A stretch of DNA of 64,000 bases from the NCBI GenBank assembly GCA_964016885.1, contig OZ024751.1, positions 23,312,001 to 23,376,000 of the forward strand, written 5' to 3'. Below, one piece after another: positions 61,094 through 64,000 of this stretch; within the stretch, counting starts at the first letter, position 1, and every line of letters starts with the position of its first letter. The position numbers and the translations under genes were made by a program. This DNA is from Eledone cirrhosa. Lineage: Eukaryota. The notes below the pieces were generated by a model. That model was not told where the DNA came from. It made no database searches and worked only from the letters and a program-made list of their open reading frames with translations.

Positions 61094-61164
<71 letters not shown>

Positions 61165-61167
<3 letters not shown>

Positions 61168-61362
61168 CGAAGGAAATGTGGTAAGGAACCAGATGGACCA
61201 TAACGCACCAGAGTACTCAATAATTAGGGTAGTAGAGTGGGTAATAGGAAAAAGTATGACCCCGACGGCAGAGCTCAAGCCGTTTCGACGGCTATTTCTG
61301 GATTCCAGAAATAGCCGTCGAAACAGCTTAAGCTCTGCCGTCGGGGTCATACTTTTTCCTAT
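61165..61362 (-). mobile_element. TAACGAAGG-family element (variant)
   Basis: aaaagtatg and ctatttctgga variants are mirrored in both arms. Confidence 0.88.
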
Positions 61363-61521
61363 ATATATATATATATATATATATTGTAAATACGCCAAGT
61401 GGTGCTATTAAATATGATACCTATCATATTTATCAACTATATATATGTATTTATATATATATATATATATATATAATGGTATGTTATGATACAATATATG
61501 ACAATATACAACATAATATAA

Positions 61522-61702
61522 AATAATTGTTTCTACTTTAGGCACAAGGCCAGCAATTACCCAGTACATTACTGGTACTTTATCTTATCGACCCCGTAGG
61601 GATGAAAGGCAAAGTTAACCTCGGCGGGATTTGAACTCAGACTGTAAAGGGACGTAACTGTGCTAGAAAGAATGGCGTCCAACCCTCTACCGATACTGCC
61701 AA
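61522..61702 (-). mobile_element. Main-family SINE
   Basis: Near-consensus copy. Confidence 0.92.
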
Positions 61703-62229
61703 TAAAATAATACATTATAATATATTTAGGTTTGCTTTGTCTGTCTTCCTTAAGAGGTTGATAACATAAAGCACTTGTAGCGAACTAGGTTCGATTTAAT
61801 CGACTTTCTACTTCCCTTTAAATTGCTGGTCCGGTTCTAAATGTAGCAACACTTATAATAAAATATATTATAATATATTATAATATATTATAATATATTA
61901 TAATATATTCATGCATTCATTTTAAAAGGATTATTTAAGTAAACAATAAGGAAAACGTTTAACAGCATGCTGTCACTTACAGTAGCTTTCCTCTTTCTTT
62001 TGACATTTGTAAGACGGCAACCCCGTCATCATCAGCACGAGTAAAGACAGACACCACATCGTTGTTGGATTGTTTAAAGAAAAGCACAAGATGTTCTCTT
62101 TCGCCTTGTTTTTAATTCTTCATCACCCAATATAGCTTTGCTTTTAAGTGTGGGTAGGTGTGTGGAGGGGTACTGGGGGTAAGCAATGGCAAGAGAAATG
62201 TCAGAATCGGGGAGGAGCTGCGGTTAATA

Positions 62230-62261
<32 letters not shown>

Positions 62262-62334
62262 GTAAAATAATAATATATATATATATGAATGCAAATGCAC
62301 GAACGTGATTTACTCCGTGTGTATTAGCGCACTT

Positions 62335-62447
<113 letters not shown>

Positions 62448-62459
62448 TATATATATATG

Positions 62460-62546
<87 letters not shown>

Positions 62547-62861
62547 GTTTATATATATATATATATATATATATACACGTGTGTATTATATATATATATG
62601 TGTGTGTGTGTTTGTGTTTGCTATAATTTCTTTAGAATTGTGTGAATTTGGAATAGATAAGACTAATATAATTTTTCACCCTCAAGGGAAACCCGGTTTT
62701 GCCGATGTAGGATATATGTATATGTATATGTGTATGTGTATGTGTATGGGTGAAGTTTACTGTGTGTATGTATACGTATGTATGTGTACATATATGCATG
62801 TATGTGTTTATGTTTTATATGTATCTATGTTTATGTTGTATATGTCTGTATGTCTATATAT

Positions 62862-63249
62862 TTGTTCTCGGAAGAAGGATCAGGATGGAGAGAGAGGTGC
62901 TGCACCCCAGCCGTTTCTATGAAAGATGGGTGAAAGTGGCGAGAATGGCCCGTGTGAATGGGCCTTCACTCTACATCAGACTATAGGTGAGGAAGATGAA
63001 AGACCAAGGGAGCACCCCTTCTCTGTGCTCCTGAGGAGAAGGGTTGCACACTTTTTTCGGGGGTGTGTGCGACCCCCCAAGGCGCCTCCTCTCTATTGAG
63101 GATTTTGTTAAAAATTTTATTTTTTGTTATATCTTATTTTATTTTTATATTTTGTTATTGCCTCCTCCTTATTGAGGACGCCTTTTTGTGTAAACTCCCC
63201 CCTTTGTACTTGTCCCACTTTTGATGCCCTAGTGGCAAATAAAAGAAAT
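62862..63249 (+). mobile_element. L1/Tx1-like LINE 3' end
   Basis: ORF end [37 protein letters not shown], then a T-rich UTR ending in AATAAAAGAAA before a TA run. Clade assignment is from recall. Confidence 0.6.
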
Positions 63250-63639
63250 ATATCTATTTGTTCTGTTTGTACGGGAATCCGGGATGTATAAGTCTAAGAA
63301 GTCAATTTGTTAACCGAAGCACCGTTAAGTCAAATGAGGTGATGTAGTTGGCAGGGAGGAATATATGAACCAAACTAACTAACGGGAATTAGTTTACCAT
63401 TTTGTAGTTTTACCATTAATTCTTTGATATTTTCATTTAGTATTTTTTTTGATATCATCTCAATTGAGGTCAACCCGAAAAAACGCGAGACCAAGACATG
63501 ACTCCTTTACCAAACACACCCCCAACCTTGTCCCCAGTTCTCGCGTTTTGCCATCGTAGTGGAATAAATATGTCGCTCGCTTTTCGCAGCAAACACGTTT
63601 AATGTCTTAATGGGGGTGGTTAAGGTGGAGCTGATGTAG

Positions 63640-64000
63640 GGGACATTAGTTTTGATAGGGGTTTGGGTAGAAATGAGGTAGGTAGTGGAGGTGGTGGTGG
63701 TAGTGGTGACAGTAAAGCTGGTGAAGATGGAAGGTTTTGGGGCTTTAGGTGTGGGTGAGGGGGAGTATTAGTTGTGATAGGGGTTCGGGTGGAGGTGGTG
63801 TAGTTAGCGATAGTGGTGATGGTATTTCTATTTTAATAGAGATATTAGGAGGGAGGATGAGTTTCGTAAAACTTTGTAGTCGGTGGTTGTTGTTTTAGGG
63901 TGTTGGTTATGATGGTGGTTATAACGGGTGTGGTGATGGCGGCGGGGTTGAAGAGATAGATGGTGGTTATAACGGATGTGGTGATGGCGGCGGGGTTGAA
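63640..64000 (+). repeat. GGT-rich low-complexity tract with a 48-bp repeat at the end
   Basis: gatggtggttataacgg(g/a)tgtggtgatggcggcggggttgaa at 63911 and 63959. Confidence 0.8.

Noticed and set aside
62000-62040. Minus-strand CTGATGA plus gacgg/ccgtc stem
   Set aside because: GAAA box and helix I pairing are absent.

Overview
AT-rich eukaryotic DNA packed with (TA)n, (CA)n and (GA)n microsatellites and tRNA-derived SINEs. The repeat style suggests an octopus/cephalopod genome (inference). Almost all ORFs in the supplied track are microsatellite read-through. Three small minus-strand exons with good splice sites (27578-27649, 4683-4819, 128-204) join in frame into an N-terminal cadherin-like domain, so the left part of the window is probably intron of a cadherin-related gene. 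Other content: fragments of RTE, CR1, R4/Dong, CRE-like and L1/Tx1-like LINEs, two tiny Tc1/mariner MITEs and several minisatellites. The main unexpected signal is a dense set of short non-coding modules sitting in (TA)n tracts. Read by eye, they carry 13 type I hammerhead ribozyme motifs with intact core boxes from 8 sequence families, plus degenerate and half copies. Most are minimal, with a palindromic helix III. Many modules have the Penelope-like layout of an inverted arm plus a direct arm with a tail, and copy-specific variants are mirrored in both arms. Several families fold back inside the would-be helix II, and one family is circularly permuted like a retrozyme. Folds were inferred manually and nothing was computed.
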